Source: the human T2T-CHM13v2.0 reference genome, Homo sapiens. From it: a DNA stretch of 64,000 nt. The position numbers were made by a program, and so were the translations under genes. The number at the start of each line of letters is the position of its first letter. Positions within the stretch are counted from its first letter, which is position 1. Positions 28,975 through 47,800 of the stretch are shown piece by piece. The stretch lies in the NCBI RefSeq assembly GCF_009914755.1, contig NC_060935.1; one strand, 5' to 3'. The notes under the pieces are model-generated. The model ran no database searches. It worked only from the letters and a program-made list of their open reading frames with translations, and was not told where the DNA came from.

Positions 28975-31900
28975 CTACATAGGATTACCAGGAGAATAAA
29001 GAAGGGGGAAAAACTTCCATCAACTTACAATCATAAAACACATGTACAAAGAAAATCACAACATATACACTCTACAATAAATTCCTATGATATATTTTAA
29101 AATATTTACATTTACATTTTTTCAAGATACTCTGGTTTCCTAGAAACATATGTATCAAATATAAGGATAACTGACGTAAGATAATCTTGAAAGGTAATTT
29201 CTTTTATCATACTGTAAATATAAAGTTCATTAGAAAATTATAATGATAGATTTGCTAATGTATTCTGAAGCTTTGTGACTATCATGCTCATGATACCTCC
29301 AAAGGCTCAAGTATCTCTTTTTGAGATCATCAAATTTGGAACCATGCTTGTACCTAGGATGGCCACTGAGTATTCTCCTCTAGCTTATTTTCTTCAGATA
29401 GGAAACAAGCTCCAATTATCTCTTAGAAATATAGTCAGAGCAAAATTTTAAAATTATAGCCTAACCTTAAAACTCTTATAAAGCAATTATTTATAAATTA
29501 TCATCACTATCAATAAATATTTATTAAAAATCCACTACATTCATGCATGGCCATATGGTAGACAGTACATAAATTTTTGCTAGAGCAAAAACCTTCACAA
29601 GATAAATCAACCTTATATTAAAACTTATTCAGCCATTCCTATAACCCAATTTTCAGATTTCAAAACAAATATGATTTACAAATATGATTTACAGTCTCCA
29701 TATATTAAAAACTATCTCTGATCCAATTAATCACATAACACTACTTACTAAAATAGAAATGAAATTATAGAGGACTTTAGAAACAGTCTTAAAAATTTAT
29801 AGCAGATGCAGATAATACTATAACTAGAATACCAGTGAAAACTTATTTGCCCCAAAACAGTGTACCCTCCTTCAAACACATCAATATTGTCGAGTCTCTG
29901 GATACACACACTCTAAAAATTCTTAAGACCTTGTAATAATAATAGCTAGTGTTTTTTGAGTAATTTCTTTGTATCAGGTACTGAACTACATGCTTTATAT
30001 ACAACATCTCACTTAATCCTCAAAATGACTCTCTAAAGTAGATGGTAATATTAATCCCAATTTATAGTTGAGGAACCTGAGGCTTAGAGAAATATTTTTT
30101 TTAAATCTTGCGTAATATCAAGCCAGTAAGTGGTGGTTCTAGGATTCAAACCTAAGCCTGTGACTCTAGAATTAGCCTGACCAAAATACTGCAACCCAGA
30201 AAGGAGGGCCCTGCCCAAGCGGTCACCTGGCCTCCACTTTTACATATCTCTCTCTAAATGTAGTAATTAAGAGGCCAACAAATCAGAAGATTAAAACACA
30301 TTTCTGAAATAACAATTTAAGTGTTTCTTCTACTTTAATCTTACATGTATAATCTACCATACGCAATGTTTAGTGTCAGTATAAATGTACACATCATCTT
30401 AGACTGCAGAGAATATATCTATTAGATTTTTGCCCTATACAGGCAATTTATAACTCATACTGGACTAACAGACTCTCAAGTTGCACCATTTAAGAAATGC
30501 ACAGCTCATGACTATGTTGTAACTGACCATCAAAACTTTACATTTTATTTTCTATAATTTGAAATAAAAACAAAATTGGGGATTTACATTCCTTGGTTTT
30601 TACAAACATATTTGATTGTTGATTTAACATTCTAGTAACTAAATTACTTAGAGCCAAATACTTCTTATGAAAGCAGTATCTCCAATAATTAGATTAGATA
30701 ATGATCAAAGTAAAGCTCTAACAAGGATAACTGGCAAGAGAAAAGCAGTAATATAACCAATATTTTAAAGGGCTGTTTTAATTATTATTAGGTGCTTGGG
30801 AATTTAAAATTAATTCTATCACAAATATAGTATTTTAGCATTTTTGGCAGAAAAGTGGTTATAAAAATTCTGAGGATTAAAAAATAAAATAAAATAAAAA
30901 TGTAGATACATACCTAGAGCAAGATTCAGGTAAACATTTGAGTCCTTTGGTGCCCTCTAGAGACAGAGATTGGCTATCTAATAGGACTTCCTACGATCTC
31001 ACATGTTTACCAAAATGTAAAACACTGAAATAAACATTATAAAATAAAATTACTAAATTCAGTTGTTTCCATTTGAGCTCAAATTTACTAAAATCCACCA
31101 CTTATTAACTTTTCAATGATTCTGTAATTTAACAATTAAAATTCCAACAGCAGATTATGTTCGTCAGTAAAGCCAAATGCAGAATTAAAGTTATAGTACC
31201 CTATATTTGTATCTTTTACATTTTACAAAGGCTTTCATAAACCTTTTGTCAGCTGAGCCTCACAATAAGTTTATGAGAAACAAGGGGATATTTTGTTACT
31301 ATTCCCATTTTACAAATAAGGAAACTGATGCTAGACCAGGGATAAGGGGGGTTTGCCCAATGTGTGAGTTAAAACTGAGAAAGCAGAGATTTGAACTCCT
31401 ATCTTCTGATTCTACAATCAATGATCTTTGATATTGCTACATTTTTTATTTGTAATACTGTATTCCTTCCCATTCTCCATGCCTACATACCACTATTTTA
31501 TCTGCATGAGATTTTCTAGAGTATCTTAGAGTAAGAACAGAGAGGAACAACTGTAACCACTATGGACTAGACTTATCAGAAGCACTAGGATTCTTTATCC
31601 CCTACTGATTGTACATAAAGACTTAATGGGACCAAGAATAGTCATGTGGCAGTTACATAGCAGGTTTCTACATTTGTGTGGCAACTAAACCCTTAATTTT
31701 GGGGGTTAATAAGATACATTTCAATTTCATGTAGACTAAGGGGAGGGTAACAATCCTATGGTTTTTAACTATAACAGTAAATAGCAATTGGTAAGGTTTA
31801 ATCAACTAGTGTGTCTACTATTGTATAATGCTATCAAATGTAAAAGAACACCTCTGTAGAGTGAAAATCTCTGATTGCATGCTGCTTCAGTGACCATCTC

Positions 31901-33042
31901 AACTACTTTCTCAAGCCTGACTGCCTTTTTTTTTTTCCATGTTACTCTTTATGATTCAAAAGGACTTTTACCTTTCTATCTACAGCAGGCATTCTCCTTA
32001 CCTCCAGAGAATCACTTTTTCTACCTGATCTTCTTAGGACATGTGCAAAGTTAAACTTTTCCATTCAACCTCAGAAGCATCTGATAATATTTCATAGGAG
32101 AAAGTCACCAATTCTAAGCTTATAAGCATTTATTTTATCGACCTTATCTACTCTTTATGTCATACAAACACACTCACAACTAAAATCTGACAAGACAATG
32201 TCCCATGGGGTGATTAACAATTAACATATTGGAAGTGACAGAGATCTACGTTTCAACCTAATTCCATATGACTTAGGGCACACTACTCATGTTTTGTGAG
32301 ACTGCGTTCTCATCCATAAAATGAGCATAGTACTTACTTTACAGAGTAGTTATAAACATTAAATAATGTATATCATGGTTTCTAAATATAAAATTATAAG
32401 GCATTATTAACATTATTCTTAAATTCAAATAGAGCTTGTAACTCCTTGAGAAGATAGGTATTCAAATAGATACAGTACTACCATGTTACACGACCCTAGA
32501 AAGGCATAATTTCCATCATATTATATATAAATAACTGGTAAGATGGTATGTCTTATCAGTTCTTGTTAATAAAAAGCCTCTTAATGGAGTTAGGAGTCCT
32601 AGGAATATGCAATTTGTAGAATTAAATATTTGTAAAATCAAAAGGACATCATCTATAACAAGTAATGCTAATGGAAGGACTGATGCTTTATTTTGATAAA
32701 CAAAAGAATATAAACAGGACTCTAATTAACTCTAATTACTGTTACTCTTTTCTATGTCCTCTACATCTCCCATGGCTACTTGCTCTCGCTAAGACCTTTC
32801 ACTCTATTCTGTAGTCACAGCACATATGAGGGAACACCTGTGTCTGATGGTTTACAGATTTTTCTGCCAGAAAATGTGTATAAGAACTTAATTATTTGCA
32901 AATATCTAGTAAAAGTTAGAAGAAATAGTTTAAAACTAGGATATTTTGAAAAAAATAATAAAATGAGGGTAGAAAGAAAAACTACAGGCTGGCTAAAACT
33001 GTCAGCAGTTACAACACTAATCTCTTGACACCATTCCCTTTT

Positions 33043-33248
33043 TTAAAAACATTTTATTATTTTATTTTTCCATAAATTATTGGGGTACAGGTGGTATTTA
33101 GTTACATGAGTAAGTTCTTTAGTGGTGATTTGTGAGATCCTGGTGCACCCATCAATGAAGCAGTATACACTGCACCATATTTGTTGTCTTTTATCCCTTG
33201 TCCCCTCCCACTCTTCCCCCCAAGTCCCCAAAGTCCACTGTATCATTC
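33043..33248 (-). mobile_element. 3' end of an older L1PB-like element
   Basis: Typical L1PB 3' UTR end (ttggggtacaggtggtatttagttacatgagtaagttctttagtggtgattt); preceded by TSD ACCATTCCCTTTT at 33030-33042. Confidence 0.75.
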
Positions 33249-33465
33249 TTTTTTTTTTTTAATTATACTTTAAGTTTTAGGGTACATGTGCACATTGTGC
33301 AGCTTAGTTACATATGTATACATGTGCCATGCTGGTGCGCTGCACCCACTAACTCGTCATCTAGCATTAGGTATATCTCCCAATGCTATCCCTCCCCATC
33401 CCCCCACCCCACCACAGTCCCCAGAGTGTGATATTCCCCTTCCTGTGTCCATGTGATCTCATTGT

Positions 33466-37293
<3,828 letters not shown>

Positions 37294-37356
37294 TATGATG
37301 TTAGCTGGTGATTTTGCTCATTAGTTGATGCAGTTTCTTCCTAGTCTCGATGGTCT

Positions 37357-38320
37357 TTACATTTTGGCATGATTTTGCAGCAGCTGGTACCGGTTGTTCC
37401 TTTCCATGTTTAGCGCTTCCTTCAGGAGCTCTTTTAGGGCAGGCCTGGTAGTGACAAAATCTCTCAGCATTTGCTTGTCTGTAAAGTATTTTATTTCTCC
37501 TTCACTTATGAAGCTTAGTTTGGCTGGATATGAAATTCTGGGTTGAAAATTCTTTTCTTTCAGAATGTTGAATATTGGACCCCACTCTCTTCTGGCTTGT
37601 AGAGTTTCTGCCGAGAGATCCACTGTTAAGTCTGATGGGCTTCCCTTTGCAGGTAACCTGACCTTTCTCTCTGGCTGCCCTTAATATGTTTTCCTTCATT
37701 TCAACTTTGGTGAATCTGACAATTTATGTGTCTTGGAGTTGCTCTTCTCGAGGTGTTACCTTTGTGGCGTTCTCTGTATTTCCTGAATTTGAATGTTGGC
37801 CTGTCTTGGTAGGTTGGGGAAGTTCTCCTGGATAATATCCTGAAGAGTGTTTTCCAAGTTGTCTCCATTCTCCCCAACACTTTCAGGTATACCAAATCAG
37901 ACATAGATTTGGTCTTTTCACATAGTTCCATATTTCTTGGAGGCTTTGTTCGTTTCTTTTTATTCTTTTTTCTCTAAACTTTTCACTTCATTTCATTCAT
38001 TTGATCTTCAATCACTGATACCCTTTCTTCCACTTGATTGAATCAGCTACTGAAGCTTGTGAATGTGTCACGTAGTTCCCATGCCATGGTTTTCAGCTCC
38101 ATCAGGTCATTTAAGGTCTTCTCTTCACTATTTATTCCAGTTAGCCATTTGTGTAATCTTTTTTCAAGGTTTTTAGCTTCTCTGCGAAGGGTTCGAACAT
38201 CCTCCTTTAGCTTGAAGAAGTTTGTTACTACCGATCGTCTGAAGCCTTCTTCTCTCAACTCGTCAAAGTCATTCTCTGTCCAGCTTTGTTCCGTTGCTGG
38301 CGAGGAGCTGCGTTCCTTTG
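37357..38320 (-). pseudogene. L1 ORF1 remnant, frameshifted, start codon deleted
   Basis: C-terminus ...RPALKELLKEAL...HAKM*; several frameshifts above ~37620. Confidence 0.88.
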
Positions 38321-39334
38321 GCCTTTGAGGATGGTAACGTACAGATGGGGTTTTGGTGTGGATGTCCTTTCTGTTCGTTAGTTTTTCTTCTGACAGTCAG
38401 GACCCTCAGCTGCAGGTCTGTTGGAGTTTGCTGGAGGTCCACTCCAGATGCTGTTTGCCTGGGTATCACCAGCAAAGGCTGCAGAAGAGCTAATATTGCA
38501 GAACGGCAAACGTTCCTGCCTGATCCTTCCTCTGGAAGCTTCATCTCAGAGGGGGACCCGGCTGTATGAGATATCAGTTGGCCCCTACTGGGAGGCGTCT
38601 CCCAGTTAGGCTACTCCGGGGTCAGGGACCCACATGAGGAGGCAGTCTGTCCGTTCTCAGATCTCAAACTCTGCACTCGGAGAACCACTATTCTATTCAA
38701 AGCTGTCAGAGAGGAATGTTTAAGTCTGCAGAAGTTTCTGCTGCCTTTTGTTTAGCTATGCCCTGCCCCCAGAGGTGGAGTCTACAGAGGCAGACAGGCC
38801 TCCTTGAGCTGCGGTGGGCTCCACCCAGTTCGAGCTTCCCGGCCACTTTGTTTACCTACTCAAGCCTCAGCAATGGCGGACGCCCCTCCACCAGCCTCGC
38901 TGCCGCCTTGCAGTTCGATCTCAGACTGCTGTGCTAGTGAGCACTGCTAGCTCACTGTGCTAGCAGTGAGCGAGGCTTTGTTGGCGTGGGACCCTCTGAG
39001 CCACTGCAGGATATAATCTCTTGGTGTGCCATTTGCTAAGACCGTTGGAAAAGCGCATTATTAGGGTGGGAGTGTCCCAATTTTCCAGGTACCATCTGTC
39101 ATGGCTTCCCTTGGCTAGGAAAGGGAATTCCCCAACCCCTTGTGCTTCCCTGGTGAGATGATGCCCTGCCCTGCTTTGGCTCACACTCCATGGGCTGCAC
39201 CCACTGTCCAACAAGCCCCAGTGAGATGAACCCAGTACCTCAGTTGGAAATGCAAAAATCACCCGTCTTCTGTGTCGCTCAAGCTTGGAGCTGTAGACTG
39301 GCGCTGTTCCTATTGGTCATCTTGGAACCGGCGA

Positions 39335-39754
39335 GTAGTTTAATTTTTTTTTGCAGCTTTTGTAAAAGGAAAAGGGGTTAAGTTCTTGATTTGATTCTCC
39401 ACTTGGTCACTGTTGGTGTATAAGAGCTACTCATTTGTGTACATTAATCTTGTATCCAGAAACTTTGCTGAATTATTTTATCAGTCACGGGACATACTGT
39501 AATGTAATAAAAGCCATCTATGACAAACCCACAGCCAACATAATACTGAATGGGGAAAAGTTTAAAGCATTCCCTCTGAGAACTGGAGCAAGACAAGGAT
39601 GCCCACTCTCACCACTCCTCTTCAACATAGTACTGGAAGTCCTAGCCAGAGCAATCAGACAAGAGAAAGAAATAAAGGGCATCCAAATTGGTAAAGAGGA
39701 AGTCAAACTGTCCCTGTTTGTTGATGATATGTTTACCTTCAAAACCCTAAGGTT
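39335..39754. mobile_element. 5' part of the same L1PB-like element: minus-strand ORF2 (39335-39485) plus an inverted plus-strand RT segment (39486-39754)
   Basis: ORF 39435..39770 carries [17 protein letters not shown]...[18 protein letters not shown] on the + strand; followed by TSD ACCATTCCTTTT at 39755-39766. Confidence 0.8.
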
Positions 39755-40545
39755 ACCATTCCTTTTATAGAGATAGGAAAACAGCTGTGAAGTGAGAAAC
39801 CAAGCTAAAACAATCATGTAGGGGCTGAAAGAGAAGAGTTCACAGAGAAAATGGGAAAAATGGGTGTTTGCACAGGATGGGAGCAAGGAAAGTGGCAGAG
39901 ACCATCAATACGGAAATCAAACAAAAGGATTAAACCCTTTCAGTCCAGAAAGTTTTACTGACACTTGTGCTATCAACCAGGTACAGTACTAGGTCTGAGA
40001 AATAAAGACATGAAAAAGGTATAATCTCTCCCAGTCCAGTGAGTTCATTTTCCTTCAGAGCCAATAACCATACTGGGTACTGATAAGCCAGACACTCTTA
40101 GATGCTAGTTTACGGTGATGAACACAAGAGATATGGGAGTCCCTTCCTTCATAAGGCTTGCTGTCTAGTGGTGAAAAATAACTTGTAAATTAACTTCAGT
40201 ACAGCATGATCAAGGCTATTTTAAAAAGTTATACAGAAGCCAGGACAAAAACCAATAAATTCTGGCTAGAGATAAAGAAAAGGAAGACATGGAAGGAACA
40301 GTTAAGAAAGGTTTCACAGAACAGGTGACATTTAAGTTTCCAGACATTTAAGGTTCCAGATATAAACAAAACTTTTCTAGATGCTGAGACATGGTACACT
40401 GGAAAAAAAACTGACCAGAAATCCAAGCCCTAATTCCTAACTAGCTATGAACTCTTTTATAAAAGAGAGTTTGACTCAATGACTTCTTCCAATACTAAAA
40501 ATCTAAGTGAATGGCTCAAATATAGCATACAGGGATAGTCTAAAT

Positions 40546-40738
40546 CAGGGGTTAAAAAACTATGGTCTGCAGACCACCTATTTTTGCAAATAAAATTTTA
40601 CCTAAATACAGCCATATCTATTTGTTTACATATTGTTGCCTATGGCTGAACTCAGTAGTTACAACAGAGACCATATGGCCTGCAAAGCAGAAAATACTTA
40701 TTAACTGGCCCTCTACAGAAACAGTTTGCCAATTCTCA
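40546..40738. mobile_element. MER58A-like hAT DNA transposon
   Basis: caggggt...actatgg start; acagagaccatatggcctgcaaagc...tggccctctacagaaa.agtttgcc. Confidence 0.7.
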
Positions 40739-41516
40739 GTGAAATGAAGCATAGTCTATACTTAGAAAAGAGACTCAAATACACAAATGCACAAGAACCT
40801 ACACACAGGTTCTTTAGAAAACATACACACTCCATCATTTTGCATAAAAATATCTACAAGACAATCCTATATATTACTATGTAAAATGTTTACTGTACCA
40901 TGGACATGTGGATAATTAATAAATATTATTGATTAAAATAATGATTAAAGAAGAGCAGGGGATAATGTAGGAATAATGATACCAGTCATAAAAGTGCTTT
41001 ATAGTATTGTTTTGATGGAGGGATTTTTTATTTCATTGCTTTCCATATTTGTCCAAATACACTGTCAATCTCTTCCAAGACTGCAAACCACTTCTTCTTA
41101 AAGCAAACCTTCATAATATGAGAAAGTTTCTCAAAAAACTACAGAAAACTGTTCATTTTTGGACACAGTGTCTTTTTACACAATGGCTATAATTACCAGA
41201 TTTTAATAATGAATGCTCACTATTTTTACTTGATTTTTTAGCCTACTGGCTAAAGCCTTATATAGTTCTTTAAACAATGTCAATGTAAAGAATATGCTTC
41301 CAAAGCATCTATGTATATGCTTTTGAGATCTAAGTTTCAAGTAGCTAAGAATCAGTAAATTATGTCATATTCTGATCTGAAAAAACAAGCATTATCAGTA
41401 TTATAGCAAAACAGTGAAATCAACAATTACAGCAGAAATCCAACTTGCAAGAAAAAAGACTAAAGGAAAATTTATAAAGGAAGATCATTTATGAAAGGAA
41501 CACATTTTCAAATTCA

Positions 41517-41774
<258 letters not shown>

Positions 41775-42494
41775 TTATTATAGCATATATTCTCCTACTC
41801 AGTATGTCAGGAACTCAGAGCAGTTCATGCCAAATCTAACTTCCTGAAAATCTCCAGAAAGGCCACACTTAACTATAAACTACTCTACTAACACTGTTCT
41901 TCTTTTAATTCCCATCTCACATGTCATCTTTACAACAGGTAGCACTTTGCTGACTGCTTATGCTTCCTTATTTTTCTAGTCCTGTATTCATCTTACTTTG
42001 ATTTGCCAGAGCCACCAATAATAAAGTTACATTTAAGTAACAAGACAATAAAATAAGGTTATGCTAAAATATAGCCATACCTCAGATAAGCATACAAATA
42101 CTACAAATTTATTTGAAATAATGAGACTGCAACATTTTTCTTGTTTTCCTTTATTTAAAAAATTAATGAACACGATTATGTCATCATTTGACCAGGTCAT
42201 GCTTTATAAATATCATTTTACTTCATCTACCATAATGATCCTGTGAAATGGGTATTACTGTAAACTCATTTCATACTGAGAAAAACAAACCACAATGATA
42301 AATAATTTGATCAAGGTCAGAAAGCTGAAAAATGGTCAAGTTGAGATTAGAATCTAAGTCTGTTTAACTCTAAGGGTTACATATGTTTATTCCCCAACTT
42401 TATCATATTTTTATTTATATATATTGTTAGGTTAAAATACTTAAAATTAACATAATTTTAACAATCATATATTAATAACAGAGTAAGTACTTAC

Positions 42495-42590
42495 CGCCCC
42501 CATGCTGCTTGCTTCTGAAGACAACTCCAAGGACTCACTTCCATAGCAAAGCTCACAGTGTCACTATAACCTAATGTTGACTTTTTAAAC
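42495..42590 (-). CDS. SLC36A4: PAT4 coding exon 5 ([32 protein letters not shown], 96 nt)
   Basis: Acceptor TTACAG, donor CG|GTAAGT; lies within ORF 42491..42697. Confidence 0.96.
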
Positions 42591-43609
42591 CTGTAATTTA
42601 ATGACATACATACAAAGGAAAAAAGAAAAATTTTAAGGTGGTCCATAAAACCACCTCTTGAAATAAACATAAAATAAATGGGAATTAATAAATGCAAGGC
42701 TATGAACTGACAAATGAGTTACCAAAATGTCAAGATCTGCATACTTCTAAAGCATGCCTCATAAAGTTTTAAATGTTTAAATCTGTCCTTTTTACCAGTA
42801 CATTAATTTTATCTACTGCTAAAGTTTATGTAAGTGCAGAACTCATGTAACTTAATATTTGTACTTTATTAATTTAAATATTTCAAATGCCTAAAACATC
42901 AACTACATTATTCATGTCTAAATTATTCCATTCTTAGAACAGCATTATTTAATAATACATCTGTGCAAGGCTGCATAATACATTTTCACATAAACTATCT
43001 CATTTAATCTTCCCATGAGGTAGGTATTATTTCTCCATTCTCTCTTTTTTTTTCCCAAGTATACATTGTTCTATAAAGCTCATAAATGATTTGCCCAAAG
43101 TTTTAAGAGTATATAACAACAACAAAAAAGAGTCAAGACTTGATATTAGGCTACTAGAATACATATGGTCTACTGTCCAGTGGAAGTATTTCATGATACA
43201 AAAATAAAGACAAATAATATTGTGTTGTTGACTATCTACTAACTCATACATCAGCAGAGAGCACCAAAGGCATTATAATCAAAACAGAATTACTAACACA
43301 TTGAAGACTATTATGCTATAGCTAAAAATCACACCACTGTCTCCATTGCCTCTATATATCTTTTCTAATTTTTTCCATTTATACTAAGAGAAACCATACT
43401 ATTTCACTAATAAGGCTACCTTTTAAAAATAAATAGATTCCAACCAGATTTAAATTATATGAAATGCTACCTTCTTCCATATTCATTACCTTAGATTTAT
43501 CTACGTAAAAGCTTAAACGAAATACAAAGCACAGTAGAATATAAGACTATCTGATGCTGTAAATAAAAGATAGCTTTAAAATAAATAGGCTTAACAAATC
43601 CACATTTAC

Positions 43610-43698
43610 CTCAGACATAGAAAGTGACTGCAACGTACCAATATGTGCATACAGTGAACAGAAATAATTCCTATAAACACAAGGCTGATTGGTCCAAG
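43610..43698 (-). CDS. SLC36A4: PAT4 coding exon 4 ([30 protein letters not shown], 89 nt)
   Basis: Acceptor CCCCACAG, donor AG|GTAAAT. Confidence 0.96.
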
Positions 43699-44435
43699 CT
43701 GTGGGGAAAAAAAATTTATAAGGTTTAAATATTTAACAGAAATTGAGTAATCTTATAAGCAATGAATCAATGGATTATTCACGTGCAGTGAATAAATATT
43801 TGTTGAGCAAAATGATTAGTCATTGCATAAGGGAAAACTAATAAACTTGATGCAGAAGGAATTTCAAGTAATATTTAAGACAACCATGTATAATTCCATC
43901 TTATTAACTTAGCTACTCAGACCTACGAATATGGAGTATAGACAACAAAGTAGGATAGAACACAAGATCATATTTAACATCAGATGGCAAGTCTACAACT
44001 ATCAGTGACCCACCATTATAATTATATGCAACCATGCATCATTATCTAAATCCCGAAAACGCACAATATCAAACGGAGACTGTGAGCAATTTATTTCTTC
44101 TACAGACTGCTTCTTGGGTACTTACTATGTGTCAGAAACCATGCTTATAAAATAATTATTTCAAAAAGTAGTAAATAAAATACTTTAAATATTTATTTAC
44201 TAAAATTAAAGCAATGCTAGTAATTACCCAGATACAACCAAAATATTGCCAAAGTTTATTTTTATAATCAAAAGTTTTTATCATCTAAATTAGGGGAACA
44301 AAACAGTCAAATGCAGGGATAGTTAAAACTGTTTTTAGAAAGTGGTCTATTCAAAAAAGTTAAATATTATTTTATTACCTCATAAATGGGTTTCTCCCCT
44401 ATCAAGGTTCTCTGCAATTATAATAATTACAATAA

Positions 44436-44801
<366 letters not shown>

Positions 44802-45206
44802 AACTTTTCTTAACTGTTATTTAAATTCTGAAAACTGTATATTTGACTCTAAAAAAACTATACAATGTCACGTTACCAATAATCTGCTCTATAAATATAT
44901 TTGTTGCTGTGATTACACTGCTAAATTCAATTCCTGAAAATCTAAAATAATAATAAGATATAACTATACCTGGAAAAATCAAAGACTGTTTTAGGTTTGT
45001 GGCTTTTTTTTGGCTAAATATTACAAATAAGTAATGAAGTAGAAATGAATAAAGTAATTATTATTTTTTGTTAAATATCATTATCACAGTTGACACAATT
45101 TTATCAAGAAAACATCTAAATGATCATCTAAATGTCACCTTACCAGGTTATATTTGACTAGGCCAGATATTAGGTTGCTATAAATGAGACTGAGAACTGC
45201 ATCTTA

Positions 45207-45347
<141 letters not shown>

Positions 45348-46494
45348 TTAAATATTTTAGAACAAAATCTATTATAACATGATCATGGTTTTAGTACTAG
45401 AAGGGAACTGAAAATTAATCTAGGCAAGGAACCAAATAACATTTCCATCCCACCACTGGGCCAGAAGTCATACTTGGTTCAAGTCCTATCTTTGCTAATT
45501 AAAAGTGGAATAACAAGAGTTATTGTGGATATTAAATGACATAGTTAAGTGAAATATCCGCCAAACAAGATACTAAAAAATTAAATTAAAAAAGACTAAA
45601 GGCATTCTCTTTACAGTGTGGTTTTGTACACAGTGAAGCAATAAATTTTTTTTAAAAAGTAATTTTCTCATAAGATATTTTGCTGTTATGATTTTCAAAG
45701 CAATGTTGAGTATTTGGTTGGTAACACAGCAATGTATTGACACTACCTATGTAACCATGATACTAAACACATTTGATCTATCATTGTCAACCTAAGAAGT
45801 TAATTTAAAAAAAATACAAGTTTTAAAACTATATGAATCAACAGGTAAGATAAACACGAATCAATTTTTAGATACTATGAATTCTGTAAGGGATTTGACC
45901 TAAGAGTAGTTTTCAGAAGCATCTGAAGGAAGTATCTTCATCAGGAAGCAATAAGTTGAAATGAAAATGAAGAGCAAAAAGTGTAAACTTAAGAAACAAA
46001 AATGTTTACCTAAATATTTTTTCAGTTTATATTCTTCTTTTCTGATCAATTGCATATTACTTTGCTGAACCATTAAACTATTATTAGAATGAGAAGTTAC
46101 TCAAATCTATTAACGATGACAAAATGTCAAAAAAGGTTTTCAAAAGTTACAATGCATTTCTACCTCCACGACTTTGTTTCAGTATAAAGAAGCATGTACT
46201 ACCTCCTGATCATTTCAGACATCACTTCTCTTAACATTCCTGTTCCACTTAATCAGATCTCCCTTCTTTCAAGATCCCTAGCATTTGTTACGCATCATCA
46301 CTCCAGTAATTCCTATACACTGCTCTGTGATTTAAACGCATTTCTTTCCCAAATAGACTATAAACTCATTGAAGGTGGAGACTATGTCTTATATTTGTGT
46401 CTTGTAATGTAATAGAATGTCTTGCCTGTAGAAGAAGATTACAAAATACATACTGAATTAAAAGAAAAGGAGACTTATAAACCATAACACTTAC

Positions 46495-46618
46495 GAAATG
46501 CCCTCTTGATCATCAAGTTGGTAATGCTTCTGAACAGGCAGAAGCTCTTGCTCATGTTCTTCATCTGATGTCCCATCAAAATTCTGCTCATTTATCAAGG
46601 GCCTCATTACATCCATAT
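46495..46618 (-). CDS. SLC36A4: PAT4 coding exon 2 ([12 protein letters not shown]...DDQEGIS, 124 nt)
   Basis: Acceptor TTTTTTAAAG, donor TC|GTAAGT; phase matches exons 1 and 3. Confidence 0.95.
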
Positions 46619-47624
46619 CTTTAAAAAAGAAAAACAAAGTACTTCACTATTGCTTAAAAAAGTTGGATAAAGCTGGTATAAATGAATTTCAAAATATTAG
46701 GAAACACCATTTGTACTCATCTTTACTATTTCCATCCTAAGTTAGTTCATACTAATACCCTGAGTTTTAGTACATTTAAAAAGAAACAACTAAATTTATT
46801 TGCTGGATATTCTGTTTGGAATATGCAGTGCAAGGTGAAAGCTTAAATATTAAATGCAAAACTTTTTCTGCTTTATCCACAAGAGGTTTATAGTAAATGA
46901 TCATAGAATTACACCATGAGAAATGTAAAGAAATGATCAAATATATTTTCATCGCTGCTTAGCTTCAAATCATACTGTACAGGTAAATAGTAATCACGTT
47001 TTTAAATACTTGATGAAAATTACAAAGTGATTCCAATATTTAAAATTTCAGTATCAAAATTTGCCCTTTACCACTTTATCAGTGTGTATTTCCTGAGAAC
47101 AAGGATATTCTCTTAAATATTCATATTATCAAATTCAGGTTAACATTGATGCAATACTCTATTTAATCTACATTCCATATTCCACTTTCATCAGTTATAC
47201 CAATAAATTCCTCTTAGCAATTTTTTCCTCCGTCCAGGATTATATATTGCATTTAATTGAGTTGTTCTAGTGGTTTCTTTGCCATTATATTTTTTATGAT
47301 GCCTTTAATCATCTTTTTTTCTTACTTAATTTTTTACTATCTTGTTTGACTGTTTTAAGTGGTACTCTCTGACTTCTACCTATTACCTATACAACAATTA
47401 ATAATTTAATTCTAGTTTTTCCTGTCTCTGTTCCTTAGTTTCTCATGTTTAGTTGTATTCTTTCTACTTTGACAATACATATGATGTTTTTCATACTGTC
47501 CTTCAAATTATGTCTCTACTCATTTCTTAGACATGTATCTACAATCAATATCAATATCCACTATCAGTTCTCTGCCAAAGTTTCCTCAATCTTCCCTTGG
47601 CTGGAAGAAGTACATCTTCTTAAA

Positions 47625-47800
47625 AGGTATGCATCAGAATGGCCTGCAGGGCTTGCTAAAACACACAATAATGGACTCCATCCCAAAGTTTCCCACTCAG
47701 TAAGTCTGGGGTGGGCCTGAAAATATGCATTTCTAACAAGTTCCCCAGTGCTGCTGATGTTGCTGGTCTGGGGACCACACTTTGAGGACCACTGCTCTAA
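47625..47800. mobile_element. MER5A-like hAT DNA transposon
   Basis: gtctggggtgggcctga...tgcatttctaacaagttcccca...ggaccacactttgag. Confidence 0.8.

Noticed and set aside
47011-47155. ATF4 CARE-like motifs TGATGAAAA and TGATGCAAT near exon 2
   Set aside because: Short degenerate motifs in AT-rich, old-repeat-like sequence, expected by chance
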